Source of the DNA: Rhodosorus marinus CCMP1338
Lineage: Eukaryota; Plantae; Rhodophyta
Assembly (NCBI GenBank): GCA_029953675.1
Contig: JAMWBK010000010.1
Span: 1,054,001 to 1,118,000 of the forward strand
Direction: 5' to 3'
Length of the DNA: 64,000 bases
Shown here: positions 24,454 through 36,590 of the stretch, piece by piece
How positions within the stretch are numbered: position 1 is the first letter of the stretch
Layout: the number at the start of each line of letters is the position of its first letter
Program-made: the position numbers and the translations under genes
Notes under the pieces: generated by a model
What the model saw: only the letters and a program-made list of their open reading frames with translations
Told to the model about the DNA's origin: nothing
Database searches by the model: none

Positions 24454-26804
24454 AGGCTCTTGTCCTAGACGCGTGTAGCGCGAGCTTATCCTCCTTGAAA
24501 GCTAGGAGACGTCTAATTTATTACCTGGAGTGCCGTCAACCACCTCCCCAACAGAACGAGATTAATCGAGGACTTTCGCAATCGGTTCCTGATCATATGA
24601 GCATTATCGAAATTCGTTCACGGCTGTTGATTCCAGTCGAAACTCATAGTGGATGTGCGAGTTATGGCTCCTATCTGAGAGACCCACATCAACCAACGCT
24701 GACCGGGGAAGACTTCCAGGCATTTAGGCTGTGGTGCGCCAGACCAGTATGTCCACCGCACTAAAACTAGATGCCTGAGAATATCTACTGCGAGCTCAGG
24801 GATAGATCAACCGCTCCGATCAACAGGTGGTATTCCTTCTGGCGTTGGAAAGGGCTCAATCTTCTGATGATGGTCACCACCTACCAACAAAAACACGCAA
24901 TTTCTGCTCTCATCCTTTAGAGCTCGAGTTTGCTGATGTTCCTAATACTCGTATCTCCGGACTAGACCGGACTAGAGAACCCGTGGATCTCGGTGCGAAA
25001 TTCTCGCACAAGGAACATAGTCCCTGACGAGACAATACATCAAGTGGGGTGAGCGGCAACCGTAGATTCGCGAAGGGTGGAACCAACGAAGCACAAAGAT
25101 GGAACGTTGTCTGCATCCTTATCAGCACCACTAGGCAAACCAAGACCAAGCTCGAGCAAATGTTGAGGAATCATCAGCAAGGCAACGCAAAAGGAGTTCT
25201 TGTGGCAGCTCAGCGAAAAGCGCCTTTCATAATTGGAGTCTACGAAAAAGTAAACAGAAATGCAAGATTGGCAAATTGACGAACAGGGCTACTGCAGTTG
25301 TGAGCTGATTGGGTGCCCAACGGAGGGATCGCTGTTTTCTGGCGCGATTCGAAAACGACTGTTGGAGACTGTCAGAAGCAAGTTTCGTCGCCACAGCGCA
25401 CATACCTGTTCGACTGCATTGGTGACTATCCTACGAATGCAGTCCTCAACACATTAAAGCATAATGTAGCGAAACCATCTGGCTGCTAATGTTGACGTTG
25501 ATCTTAACGCTGTTTGGGTGTGGTGAGTTCCGGAGCCACGTTCAGTCCGGAGTCCTGAGATCTCACCCGGCTTTCCTGGTTCACACACAAAAATTCAAAC
25601 AAAAATCCTCGAGCTGGACTTTGAATCCTTCAGACATTTTTCGAATATTGCTCAACAGACATGACCCTAATCTGGGTCGTTTATCCTCCCACTCTCCCAT
25701 CCTCCTCCCATCCCCCTCCCCCCCTCACTACCTGCTCCGAGCATTTGCCATGTGAACTAAACCCACACACACCCTACCCCCCCTAACGTAACCCCACCCC
25801 CCCCCTACAAAAAAATTTAGTTTGTTCGTCAAATCCGTTAGAATTTCCTAAAACGTTCTACAATTTCCCACCCCCACCCCCCCTTTCAAGAAATTTGATC
25901 CAAGAGGCTTATCTCAAGAACCAAATCCACCCCCTTACCTCCCCACAAAAAAGAAATACCGACTGTCAAAAACCAAAAAACCAAATAAAATCCCGATGAA
26001 CCAACTTCGCTGTTAAATCTCCTCACTCTCATGATGAATGGCATTTGAGAACCCCATGCGAGAAAACAAAACCAAAACGTTCAATTTAATTGAAAATTCA
26101 TCTCTTAATCCTATCAATATGAAACGGATACATTCACTGAGAATCTGTTCACTTTTTCCTCAGTAAAAAAAAAGGAAGCTATCTAGTTTGTTTCATTTTT
26201 TAAGTGGGAAATCTATGTGTGTCTATTGAGAGTGTGTGTGGGGGGGGGGAGAGAGGAGTAAATGAAAACTGGGATTGCATATAGGAAAATGAGGGATTTT
26301 TGTGGTTTTTTAGGGAAAGAGAATGGAATGTGAGGAAGGATGCCGGGCGGGGGGAATGGTAATGGGGAGAATGACGGTGGGGGAATACTAATGGGGAGGA
26401 TGATGGTGTTGGGACTATTAATGGGGAGGAGGTGTAGGTATGAGGAAGAGGAGGGTGGGGGGGGGGGGAAGCAGGTTTGGTCACTGGTTGTGTGTGTTTA
26501 GGGTTGGGTTTTAACTGGTTTTTGAAATGGAATACTGGATGGTGTGGGTTGTGAGGAGGAAGAGCTGAAGGGATTTCTGATTTTTGTGGGGTGGGGGAGG
26601 GGCGGTGGCGCGGGAGAAGAGGAGTGGGGGGGGCAGACTAGTGGTGTGTTTTTTTTGTTTCTTTGTTCTTGTTTTCGTACGATGATTGGGTTTGTGATCC
26701 ATCCCTGTGGAGGTGGGGTGGGTCGTTGGGTGACCACTAAGCCTCGAAGGAGTGTTTGTAGTAGGTTCAAGCGGAAGGGGAAAGGTTCGTTTGTGAGGAT
26801 TGCT

Positions 26805-28592
26805 ATGGCTTCGGCTGGGAGGTCAGAAAAGATGATGATGGGAGTGCTATTGGTTCCACAGGCAACGGTTTTTGCATCCTTGACTATCGGATGTGTCCTG
26901 GTCTGGCTCCTGGGTTATTGGGTTTTGGCCTTCATGAAGAGCAAAGCTGAAATGAAGAAATTTAAGGAAACGCACAGGAACGAGGCCGAATACAGATCTT
27001 TGGTCGCAGCCGAGCGCGCGCGAGCCGAGAGGCAACTCAGAGAGCTCGAATCGAAGATGAAGGATTTGACAAAATCTATAGCATCGTTGATAGAGATCAG
27101 GTCTGCCGGGTTTCAGCAGGTACTCTGTGTGAAATACGTTCGGGTGGGGAGACTCGCTTTTCAAACTGATGGCAGCAAATACCGGTTTTTTCCACTAAAG
27201 CGGCTCATTTTCATATCTCCTTGCTGTTAAAAAATCAAGCCTGGCTACGACCGTTGCACTAGAGCAAGGATTAGAAGGGAGGGACGCGAAGTCATCCGAA
27301 GTTTGGAGTCTGTAGCCGTCGCAGATTCAGAGCCGAACCACCTGCACCAAATTGTCGCGGAATCGGATGCGGAAAGAAAGTACTGCCTTATGCTTTTGGA
27401 AAAAGGTGTCGGGCACAATGTCGAGGCGACCAGCTCCCTCGAATTTCTTGCGGTTGAATCAAGCAGAACAGAGAGGTCTCACGTCATTGAAGCGCTGAAA
27501 TCTCGATGTGGCGAAGCTCAGGAAGAGCTTGAAAGGCAGCTCCAGCAGAGGGATCATTTAGAGGTAAAAGCCTGGACAACGTTCGCCTGAACTCGACGGC
27601 AATGGGGACGCACTGCTGATCTAAGCCTTATTTTTTTCTCGTTCCGTGGTTTGGTCTCTCCTTTTCCTTTTTATCTATAGCTCGTTCTGCCAGCCGCGAA
27701 AGCGCATGTAGACTTTTGGATACAGGAAGAGACAAAAGAGTCTAGAGGCGAGATTGAGGAGCTTCTGATCGGCAGGAGTCTGGCGAGCTTGGGAAAACCA
27801 TCGGCTCTAGAAAAGTTGGACTTGATGGGGAGGCGATTGTCCATGGAACTTGAGCACGACTTCAACCTGCTTCACTACCAGCAGTCCGCGCGTACAGAAA
27901 TTCAGCTGTGGGAAGGCCTCATGAACTCTACAGAAGCCCCGTTAGTGCATGTGCCTTCAGAGACTATGGCTTTAGGGACTGTAGGGTCAGAGCCGGCGAC
28001 TTCAGAGACTGTGGCTTCAGAGAGTGTGGATTCAGAGAGTGTGGCTTCAGAGAGTGTGGCTTCAGAGAGTGTGGCTTCAGAGAGTGTGGCTTCAGAGAGT
28101 GTGGCTTCAGAGAGTGTGGCTTCAGAGAGTGTGGCTTCAGAGACTGTGGCTTCAGAGACTGTGGATTCAGAAACTGTGGCTTCAGAGACTGTGGCTTCAG
28201 AGCCCGTGGCTTCAGAGCCAGTGGCTTCAGAGACTTTGGATTCAGAAACTGTGGATTCAGAAACTGTGGATTCAGAAACTGTGGATTCAGAGCCCGTGGC
28301 TTCAGAGCCAGTGGCTTCAGAGACTTTGGATTCAGAAACTGTGGATTCAGAAACTGTGGCTTCAGAGACTGTGACTTCAGAGCGGGTGGCTTCAGAGACT
28401 GCAGATTCAGAGACTGTGGATTCAGAGACTGTGGATTCAGAGCATGTGGTTGCAGAGCATGTGATTTCAGGCACAGAGCATGTGGCTCCAGAGCATGTGA
28501 TTTCAGGCACAGAGCATGTGGCTCCAGAGCATGTGATTTCAGGCACAGAACGTGTGGTTGCAGAGCATGTGGTTGCAGAACGGGGTGGCTGA
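26805..28592 (+). CDS. Membrane-anchored coiled-coil protein with acidic pentapeptide-repeat C-terminus (~502 aa)
   Basis: Exons 26805-27100, 27263-27563, 27681-28592 join in frame (1509 nt). N-terminal hydrophobic segment (VFASLTIGCVLVWLLGYWVLAF), heptad-rich region, then (VASE[S/T/P]/VDSET)n and EHVISGTEHVAP repeats. Confidence 0.7.
28011..28580 (+). repeat. Coding minisatellite: ~29 x 15-bp (GTGG[C/A]TTCAGAGA[G/C]T) plus ~3 x 36-bp units
   Basis: Directly visible tandem array with sub-blocks of variant units (GAGAGT, GAAACT, GAGCCC/GAGCCA) that recur as higher-order duplications. Confidence 0.95.
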
Positions 28593-29173
28593 GAAGCTTC
28601 GGAAGGGGTCCCCACAAGATCCCTGACGCGGTCTTCACTATCCACGATTCTCTTTGTAAAACCATATTTATCCACCGTGGATCATTCCACAGTAGTAGCC
28701 AAGTGCGGGCTAAAGTCGGATCCAGCATCGAAGTTCGGAGCCCCGCGTACGTTTCAGGAACACGAAAACCCTTTAAGAAAACCAGTTTGGCAGGGATCAT
28801 TAACCCACATAGTAAATCTCGAACACAGCGAGAAGCCCGTTGATAGATCGTTCCGACTCGAATGACAATGCGCGTGTCTCGTCCGGGACAAACTCCTTCC
28901 GATCGTCTCTTGTGGTTGCGACGCACTCCGTCAGACCAGAACGGGTGCTCCATCAAATTCGGAAGGGCTCGTGTCGCGCTGGGCCTGCATTGGCGTTCTG
29001 TGTTCTGCGGGGTTCTCGTTGCTCGAGACGGAGAACCGATCAGACAATGCCAACCAACCCAGTCGCGTGCTTCAACAATGGAAGAGAGGCAGGCTGGACC
29101 TGCACACCCTCCCACAGCTATGGGAGAACACAAACTCATCGAAATCGTGAAAGGAGATCGACCCCCAACGCAG

Positions 29174-30575
29174 TTACGAAACACCTGAAGCTGCTCCCGG
29201 CCCTTGCGTCGAATCTGCGCGAGGAGGAATCTTGTGTAGCAAACCGGTAGCGAGTTCACAACCTGCGATACATACCTCCACGTCAGTGTCGACAGCAGAC
29301 GCAGACAAGAACAGAGCTCGGCCCAAAGAATTGCTTACCGAGTAGTCCTTTTCCTCCCCAACTGTCGCTGGGTTTCAGCTCCACCTCTCTCTACATGCAC
29401 GGAACAAGAGAAACAGTTTTTAGGAGGATTCACCAATAGGAGGGCACTGCAGCAAAGCAAACCACATCCAAATCGGCTGTCCTGGAACGGCTACTAAATC
29501 AACGTACCAGTCTTCCAGTTGCAGATGAGTATATGCACAACGTCAAGTATTCTTGTTTTCTCGCAGCTTCCTTTGCCTGTCGATGAACGTTTTGAATCGT
29601 TATTGACGAGATATATGTATGTAGTCGTCGATAGCGGACGCGACTAACGGATTTCTATTCGATCTAAACTATAAACAAGTTTCGAAGGACTTCAACGACT
29701 AGCGTGGAAGCTCTTGGGATTATCCTGGGATTGTTCAAGTCGCTAGTCTGGATGTACCATGAGCTTACCAGGTTGTTCAAATCAGCTTCCTTCTTGAATA
29801 CGTTTGCGGGAGTCCCGACTATGTAATCTATGTCTGGGGTTAGTCCTGGATTGGAGAGTTTCAACTTTGTGAGGATGAAGGAGGTGTACCATCGATTCCG
29901 CAGTAAAGGGGGGTTCCGAACTCACCAGCATCGTCTGCGGGACTCCGTGGGGTGAGGTCAACGACATGCCACAAATAGGTAGATGCTGGATCAAGCTTGT
30001 CGTACTTAACAGCCGCACCCAGGAGGCCCGGTCCGGACCATTTGCTCGGTGTCATCTTTATGTGTCGATCTTGCTGTTCCCCAGTACCGTTGGTGAAAAA
30101 AAAAGACACACATCATAATTTTCAAATTGCTGCTAAGCGAATTTGGTCCAAGCATAGATGCAAACAAAGGCTAATCACCTCGTCTATACAGTTCCATACG
30201 AGAACGTCCACTTCCAGACTCTCGTGGCCCTTCAGAACGTTGCCCAACGGATTACTATGGTCATCACACACCTCTCCGTTCACGGCTATGATGAAATCTT
30301 CAAACGGTGCGAGGCCAGACCTCCAAGCAGGGCCTCCCTGAAACACCTACAAACGTATTTCGCCGAAAACCACACGCAAGACAGGTCAGTTTCTCCTCCT
30401 TTACAGCCTAGAATCCAAAAAGCTTCTCCCCAAACTTGGGCAGACCCGCTGACTAGTGTCATCAAAGACAATTTGCATCGATACTACCTACCCGCATCAC
30501 CCGATAGCCAGAAATTTCGGAGATGTCGATCCCTTGCTGATCTACAGCCTCTTCAGCAGACTCCGCCGCGCCCAT
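29174..30575 (-). CDS. GORASP: Golgi reassembly stacking protein (GRASP55/65, two PDZ-like domains), multi-exon
   Basis: MGAAES (myristoylation) ..GYRVMR|VFQGGPAWRSGLAPFEDFII; KWSGPGLLGAAVKY; LWHVVDLTPRSPADDAG; LTPDIDYIVGTP; ELKPSDSWGGKGLLG|CELATGLLHKIP; stop at 29174-29176. Confidence 0.9.
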
Positions 30576-31661
30576 TGTCTGGGTTCACGTTTCTCACTGG
30601 CAAAAAAAATCCCAACAAGATGGATGAACACCTCTTCTCCGAAAAGCTTCGCTTAACCTGATCTCTACCTTTTGTATGAGCAAAATGCCGTTTGCCAGGT
30701 ACTGTCCCAACAGAACTCCGCGCTTGGACTGCCCGTTTCGTACCAGACATTCCCTCTCATCCGCCTTAACCAAATGTTCCGTTGAAGAAGCGATCGATGT
30801 GTTCTTGTCAAGTACGACCTGGGCTGGTCTATTAGAGGTTTTTCTTCTAGTTGGGGATGGTTACAAGCTCCAAAGCTAAGAAGATGTTTGTAGACACGTG
30901 AAACCGTCGCTCCCATCACACATTTCAGCACAAAACGGGCAAGCTTGCGGAGACTGAAATTTTATCTGAGCTAGAAACGGTTCTATATTGGGTGAAAACT
31001 CGTGAAATGTAGGACCCAACGGGTGCTTAATTCAACTGATTCATCCAACCTCCACTCTCAACGCGAAAGCCTGCCGCCCACGACTACTCCTCTGTTGCCG
31101 TTACGGATGAAGGAACTGTATAAGAAAACTGTTGAGCCTGTAGAGGGAAAGACTGCTTGAACCTACATGAATTCCATCTCTGAAAGAAATTAAGCAGATT
31201 CACACGCACGTGGGCGCTCTCACCTCTCTGCGCGAAGAAGTAGAGCTCCATGCCACACACTCACACCGCTCATCTAAAAACGACGAAATCGTTTTGGACT
31301 GGTGTTAGATTCAAGCTAAAAATGAAAAGGTAGTATTCAATTTACTGACGGTAGCCTTTATTTCACTGCCGGTGAAGTACTGTTGATGCCCTCCACAAAA
31401 AGCCGGATGTAGCGCAAGTCTGGCGTGCTTATACAAGACCCTTTCCTCGGCTACGGCGGTGGGACAAGAAGATCCTCTTTGGCGGAGAATCCGATCTGAA
31501 AGGGGTGTGCTACAACACTTCTGAACTATTCCTTCACACCTGCAAACCCGAACCCAACTTCGCTGACGCACTAGTTAGCTACCATCCGCTTTTGCGGTAA
31601 AGGTTATTTGAGCATCATCGCTAAGCCGGTCGAGTGACCATTGGTAGTTGCCGAAGGCTCT

Positions 31662-31771
31662 GTTGATCTCCACACTTGAATCAGACAGCGACAAAGGCTG
31701 CTGCTAAATATGCTCGTTGATCTCCACACTTGAATCAGACAGCGACAAAGGCTGCTGCTAAATATGCTCGT
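31662..31771. repeat. Perfect 54-bp tandem duplication
   Basis: GTTGATCTCCACACTTGAATCAGACAGCGACAAAGGCTGCTGCTAAATATGCTC occurs at 31662 and 31716. Confidence 0.95.
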
Positions 31772-32987
31772 AAGCGGAAACGCGAAAGCTCTCCTGCTTG
31801 CTATCCAACCCTACCATACGATACTGACACTCCACACACACGCACACACACACACTACAAACACACAAGCTCGTGTCAACAGGAATTTGAAAAGCAGGAT
31901 AATATGGTGCAAGCAGGGCACGCTCCGGGGACAAGGATTGCAATCGATCCTCCTGATCACACCGAAAAGTTGAAGACCTGTACCGCCGCGCATCTGAGCG
32001 TTACAGATATATCCTCACTACAACAAAGCGCGCTGCTGGAGAAAAATTCCATTAGATCTTAAGCCTCAAAACAGATCCAGCGATGATTGTGCTCTGTCGC
32101 GAAGAGCTCTCTTATCGTTCCCTGTAGCAAATCGTTTCTACTCGTAAAACGCAAGTGACTGTCACCTCGTTTATCAAAAAAAAAAGCGGACTTCAAATCG
32201 CTCCTAAAACGTTTGCACATCCGACAATCCTAAATTAGCTTGTTGGACAAGGTATCTGAACGTAATATAGAACTGATAGTTCATATATTTGAATATTTTT
32301 ATATTCTGACCACCTATTTTTAATACAAAAAGCATCCAAATCAAGATCTTGAAGTATCTAAATGGCCGGAGCAAATCGTTTGGAGAAAACTGGGCAGAAT
32401 CCGCCTCGAAAAATTATTGAAATTATGAAACTGGAGAGTTTTTTATAAATATTAATGTGTTTTACATAAAACAAATTAATGAATTAAAATATATTTTGGC
32501 TTAAGTGGGGTTGAAGAGCAAAAAAATACAAAACTTATTGGGGGATTTTTACCCCCTAGATCTAATTGTGCAATCAACCCGAATTTAATATATTACGCTA
32601 AAATTGTAAATATATTATTCTAATATATATTGAACTACCCCTTAGAATATGTTTTCAGCAAAAATCTCGGTGGATTTTTCTCAGCAAAAAAAGGTAAAAA
32701 GTGCTTTTGGTATTCTAAAAACTCATTCCTTTCCTCTTTTTTTCTGTACAGCCTTTTTTTGAGCAGTTCGATATAGAAAGGTGCCTGCTCGATTTTGGAT
32801 CGGTTTCGATGTGGTGCGATGGCGGTTCGTATATGGTGTGAGATTGTGGATCGCAGGGGGTGGGGGTAGGATGTTGAAGAGAGGAGCATCGAAGGGTTTA
32901 GAGTCTCCGCTTCTGTGAGAGGTGGTTTTATTTTGTCAAATCTTTGTTTGTGTGGAAGTGTGTGTGTCTTGCTTCATCCTGGTCAAG

Positions 32988-34685
32988 ATGAAGTTGGATG
33001 TGCTCCTGTTCTTTGCCATTTGGGCAATTGCTCTGAGCAGCGTATCCGCCATCTCGTGCGGGTGTGCAAACTATGAGCTGGAGGTTGCATACAGGTGGGT
33101 TCCGGGGAATGATACAGACTATCCCAGTTCAGCCCATTTTTCTCCAGGAGTGGTGTCAATAGCGACCGCGCCGAGTATGTTTGTGCCCGGCGACACGTCC
33201 TCTGAGGGACTGCGGGACTTGGCAGAGTTTGGCTCCACCAGTCAGCTCGTGAGTGAGCTGGGGAGTAACAGTGATGTATTCTCCTCTGAGACCGTCGCTG
33301 GAACCAGCATTGGTGATGGTGTGGGAGATGTTAGCACGTCAGGACTTGTTTTCGCTTCTGACGGTTATGAAGGACCTATATACTTTTCGTTCGCCTCCAT
33401 GATTGCACCTTCTCCGGACTGGCTGGTTGGACTAACGGGAACAACGAATGTATGTGACGAGAGCACTGGAGAGTTTGTCGATATGGAGAAAATGCTGGCG
33501 CCCTACGACGCCGGCACGGATGGGGGCTCCACGTACACGGCGGCCGACGATCCCTTGGATCCATGGGAACCGATCAGAGTCGCTGAACCTCCATCCGAGA
33601 TGGTGATCGAACAGTATGGATTCCTAAACTTGCGGTTCACGAAGACACTCTGCCCCGGACAGACGGCTACACCGAGCCCCTCGGAGACAGCCACGGAGAA
33701 TCCTACTGTGAGCCCTCCTCCAAGCTCAACAACGACTAGCACGCCCACTGTAGCACCTACAGCAACCCCGACTGAAACTGCGTCTGTCGGCCCTACTGAG
33801 ACCCCGACTGAAACGGCTTCTGGTGGCCCTACTGAGACCCCGACTGAAACGGCGTCTGGTGGCCCTACTGAGACTCCGACTGAAACGGCTTCTGGTGGCC
33901 CTACTGAGACTCCGACTGAAACGGCTTCTGGTGGCCCTACTGAGACTCCGACTGAAACGGCTTCTGGAGGCCCTACTGAGACTCCGACTGAAACGGCTTC
34001 TGGTGGCCCTACTGAGACTCCGACTGAAACGGCTTCTGGTGGCCCTACTGAGAGCCCGACTGAAACGACTTCTGCAAGCCCCACTGCAAGCCCCACTGCA
34101 AGCCCCACTGCAAGCCCTACACCAACGGCGACTCCAGTTTGTTTCCCAGGTGACGCCGTGGTTTCCATGGAGGATGGTAGCAAGAAACCGATGACATTAC
34201 TTGAGGCTGGTGATAGGGTCCTGGTGGCTCGCGGTAAGTTTAGTGATGTTTTTGCGTTCGGGCACAAGGACGCTACGGCTGTGGCAGAATTTGTGAGGAT
34301 TGAAACAGAGAGTGGTCATGCGGTCGAGCTGTCCAGGTCTCACTACATTCTCATTGCTGGCAACCTTGTTCCGGCCAGAAAGGTTCAAGTAGGAGATGAG
34401 CTAACAATCGCTGGCTTTGCTAAATCTCCTGTGAGCTCCACCTCGATCGTGCGCCGTTCTGGATTGTACAGCCCTCATACTTTGGAGGGAACAATTGTTG
34501 TGAACGACATCGAGGCTTCATCGCATACGGAAACCGTGAAACCCTTCGTTGCGGACTTGCTCCTGATGATTCCTAAGCTCTTCTATCGCCTAGGACTCAA
34601 GGAACCGCTTGGATCCATGCTGTACGGATCGACACCGGGCTTACTGCATTCTGCTCTCAGGAAGACCGGTATATCCGCTGCCTAG
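32988..34685 (+). CDS. Secreted Spondin_N + Pro/Thr/Glu mucin-like stalk + Hedgehog-type Hint (Hog) autoprocessing protein
   Basis: Intronless; signal peptide MKLDVLLFFAIWAIALSSVSA. Spondin_N motifs (DYPSSAHFSP, SMIAPSPDWLVG, PYDAGTDGG) are followed by the repeat stalk. Hint block A is CFPGDAVV, block B LSRSHYIL, block F GLYSPHTLEGTIVVN, and a C-terminal SRR-like amphipathic segment follows. Confidence 0.92.
   Translation: MKLDVLLFFAIWAIALSSVSAISCGCANYELEVAYRWVPGNDTDYPSSAHFSPGVVSIATAPSMFVPGDTSSEGLRDLAEFGSTSQLVSELGSNSDVFSSETVAGTSIGDGVGDVSTSGLVFASDGYEGPIYFSFASMIAPSPDWLVGLTGTTNVCDESTGEFVDMEKMLAPYDAGTDGGSTYTAADDPLDPWEPIRVAEPPSEMVIEQYGFLNLRFTKTLCPGQTATPSPSETATENPTVSPPPSSTTTSTPTVAPTATPTETASVGPTETPTETASGGPTETPTETASGGPTETPTETASGGPTETPTETASGGPTETPTETASGGPTETPTETASGGPTETPTETASGGPTESPTETTSASPTASPTASPTASPTPTATPVCFPGDAVVSMEDGSKKPMTLLEAGDRVLVARGKFSDVFAFGHKDATAVAEFVRIETESGHAVELSRSHYILIAGNLVPARKVQVGDELTIAGFAKSPVSSTSIVRRSGLYSPHTLEGTIVVNDIEASSHTETVKPFVADLLLMIPKLFYRLGLKEPLGSMLYGSTPGLLHSALRKTGISAA
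33791..34117 (+). repeat. Coding tandem repeat: 8 x 36-bp (PTETPTETASGG) then ~3 x 12-bp (PTAS)
   Basis: CCCTACTGAG units start at 33791, 33827, 33863, 33899, 33935, 33971, 34007 and 34043. Confidence 0.95.
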
Positions 34686-34849
34686 GTATATATGAATAGG
34701 CGGGATGTTCTCTTGGACGGACTTTGCTAAAGGTGAGAGCTAATCTAGATTATCAGTCAGTGGACTCCTGAACGAGAGCACAGTAGTACAGTCAGATCTA
34801 GTGGCCAAAATAAAGTCAGTGAATAACACACTCATCCTCATGACACATT

Positions 34850-36150
34850 TTCGCTCGTCTCGGGATCAGTCCAAACGCTTCCGCTGTCCTGATCCTCTAC
34901 TTCTCCACTCCACTGCGTCAGCGAATCCTATCTTTCCAAGGCCGGGAGAGTCTCGACCTGCAGCAGTACTCTTCCAAAGCGGCCAATCCTGCAGCAAACC
35001 AGCGCCGTTCGAGTCTCTGAGTTGTCCACGAGAAATTGGAGCTCTCATTGTTTTTGGGACTAGCACTGCGTCTGATGACGTTCGCAGTTAGTCTGGGCTA
35101 CTGCAGGTATACAGCAGCGCGCAACTAGAGGCCCTCCTCTCCGTAGAGGGACTGCCTGAAGATATTCGGCTTCCCCACTAGAAAGGCCTTCATTGTCACC
35201 CCAACAGAGCGGGCGTAAACGAAAGGTTCAGCGGGGTGTTTCCCTAAATGGACGTTGATAAGGCAGCCCTATCGACCCCAGAGCCATAGCCAAACAAGCA
35301 GAGCAACGTGTTTTCTCAAGCTCGAGAGGTCTGGTCATCACACCCTTATGCCCAACTCTGATTGTCAGTAATATCAAACCACCATCATCCACGAGCGCGC
35401 CCCCAATTGGACGAGCTTGTCTGAGACTACTTTGTTGCATCGTCTGCAGTGGATTTTGCTACACATCGCAATAGCTACCCACAGCGCCCTCTAGAAGCTA
35501 TCAATTTGGAATTGCCGCTCTTCGGTAGGCCTAGTCCGTAAGATCAGGCGCCTCCAGGAGGACCCTGACGAATATCACAACCCTGCAATCGGCTGTCTCG
35601 CTCCGATTCATTCCGCGTGCTACCTAGGTCTTCGGATTCATCGACGGCCCAGGCTCGACTTGGCATCGGTACTGTTTTCGCGATCGTGGTGAGACACACT
35701 CGCGTTTCCTCTCTTCGTGGAGTGACAAACTGTGGCGTTCTAAGGCGGCCTTCGCCTTAAAAGCTCGCTCTAGTGGTTTAGCTAGCTTCCTTACTCTCAG
35801 GGTTGTGGTCTACGACTAAACGAATTGGACTATGTTGCCCCTCACCGAATTCGGTGTAGCACCTGAAAGTTATGAAACCGTAAAAGCCACGACGGTATTC
35901 AAAAGATTGAGGCGCGTCAGCCTAGCGGTGCAGCGGGTGTACATTGATCTTTCAATCCCGTGTCCCCTGGCGGCCAGGTACCTTCCTGCGTCCGCTCGTC
36001 GTCGCGGAGCTGCAGCTCGAACAATGCGCCAACTGAAGGAATCGCAATACGCAGAGGCGATGTCAAACTCTGCAATTCGCGATTCGGCGTTAACCTACAG
36101 GTTTGTTCCGCTCATTCTCGAGTGCTTTAGGCTGATAGATAGTGTAGTTC
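34850..36150 (+). mobile_element. Heavily decayed CRE-like non-LTR retrotransposon ORF (end of RT/thumb through RLE), diverged subfamily
   Basis: 35832-36150 encodes VYIDLSIPCPLAARYLPASARRRGAAARTMRQLKESQY..RFVPLILECF, homologous to the RLE region of the copies at 36909-37910. Upstream, a stop-interrupted frame gives LIVFGT..LSVEGLPEDIRL and ARLG, reminiscent of post-RT motifs. The 5' boundary is uncertain. Confidence 0.6.
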
Positions 36151-36316
36151 GCGCTGGCTGCGTATGCGTATGTTCCGTAACGACCCAGGACGTCTGGATC
36201 GCCTCCTCACAGAGCTCTCTTTGACACTGTGGAGTTCGAATGCTGCTTTGTTTGCTGATGCGCGTTATCAGCGTCTTGTTTCTCGCTTCTCAGAGTTGTT
36301 AGCCTCTGAATAAACG

Positions 36317-36590
36317 TTCTAGCCTTTCATTGTGGAAAGCTTTGGTCACGTGGAGACGTCGGGTTTGGAGTGGTTGGGGAAATGTTTTACTGAGCATCCT
36401 GTTGAATACTTGGAACTTTTGCGGCGTTTAAGTGTCTCTCTGTGGCGATATTCGAGCAGCATGCCTGCTGAGGCGCGCCATCAGAGCCTTGGTTTGCAGG
36501 CTTCCCTACCCAGTTCTTAGTTCCTTTCACGCTTTGCGTAGCGCTTTAGGCTATGCTAATAAAACCAGTGAATAAAAGCCAACCAATAAA
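36317..36590 (+). mobile_element. 5'-truncated 3' end of CRE-like retrotransposon (subfamily 1) with AATAAAACC tail
   Basis: PFIVESFGHVETSGLEWLGKCFTEHPVEYLELLRRLSVSLWRYS. The 3' end GCGTAGCGCTTTAGGCTATGCTAATAAAACC is identical to that of the copy at 36909-37535. Confidence 0.9.

Noticed and set aside
24495-25760. Scattered 65-90-aa ORFs
   Set aside because: No coherent model; possibly a decayed relic but unsupported.
27902-29259. Long ORFs 27902-28675(-), 27964-29259(-), 27908-28843(+), 28024-28374(+)
   Set aside because: They are open only because the 15-bp repeat lacks stops in those frames. The spliced + frame ending at 28592 fits the upstream exons.
33503-34267. 254-aa antisense ORF (VGVSVGPPEA)n and the 33823-34194 ORF
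   Set aside because: Shadows of the PTETPTETASGG repeat in the Spondin-Hog gene.
35494-35560. LSIWNCRSS, resembling the start of an APE endonuclease
   Set aside because: Downstream APE motifs are absent, and the surrounding sequence fits an RLE-type element.
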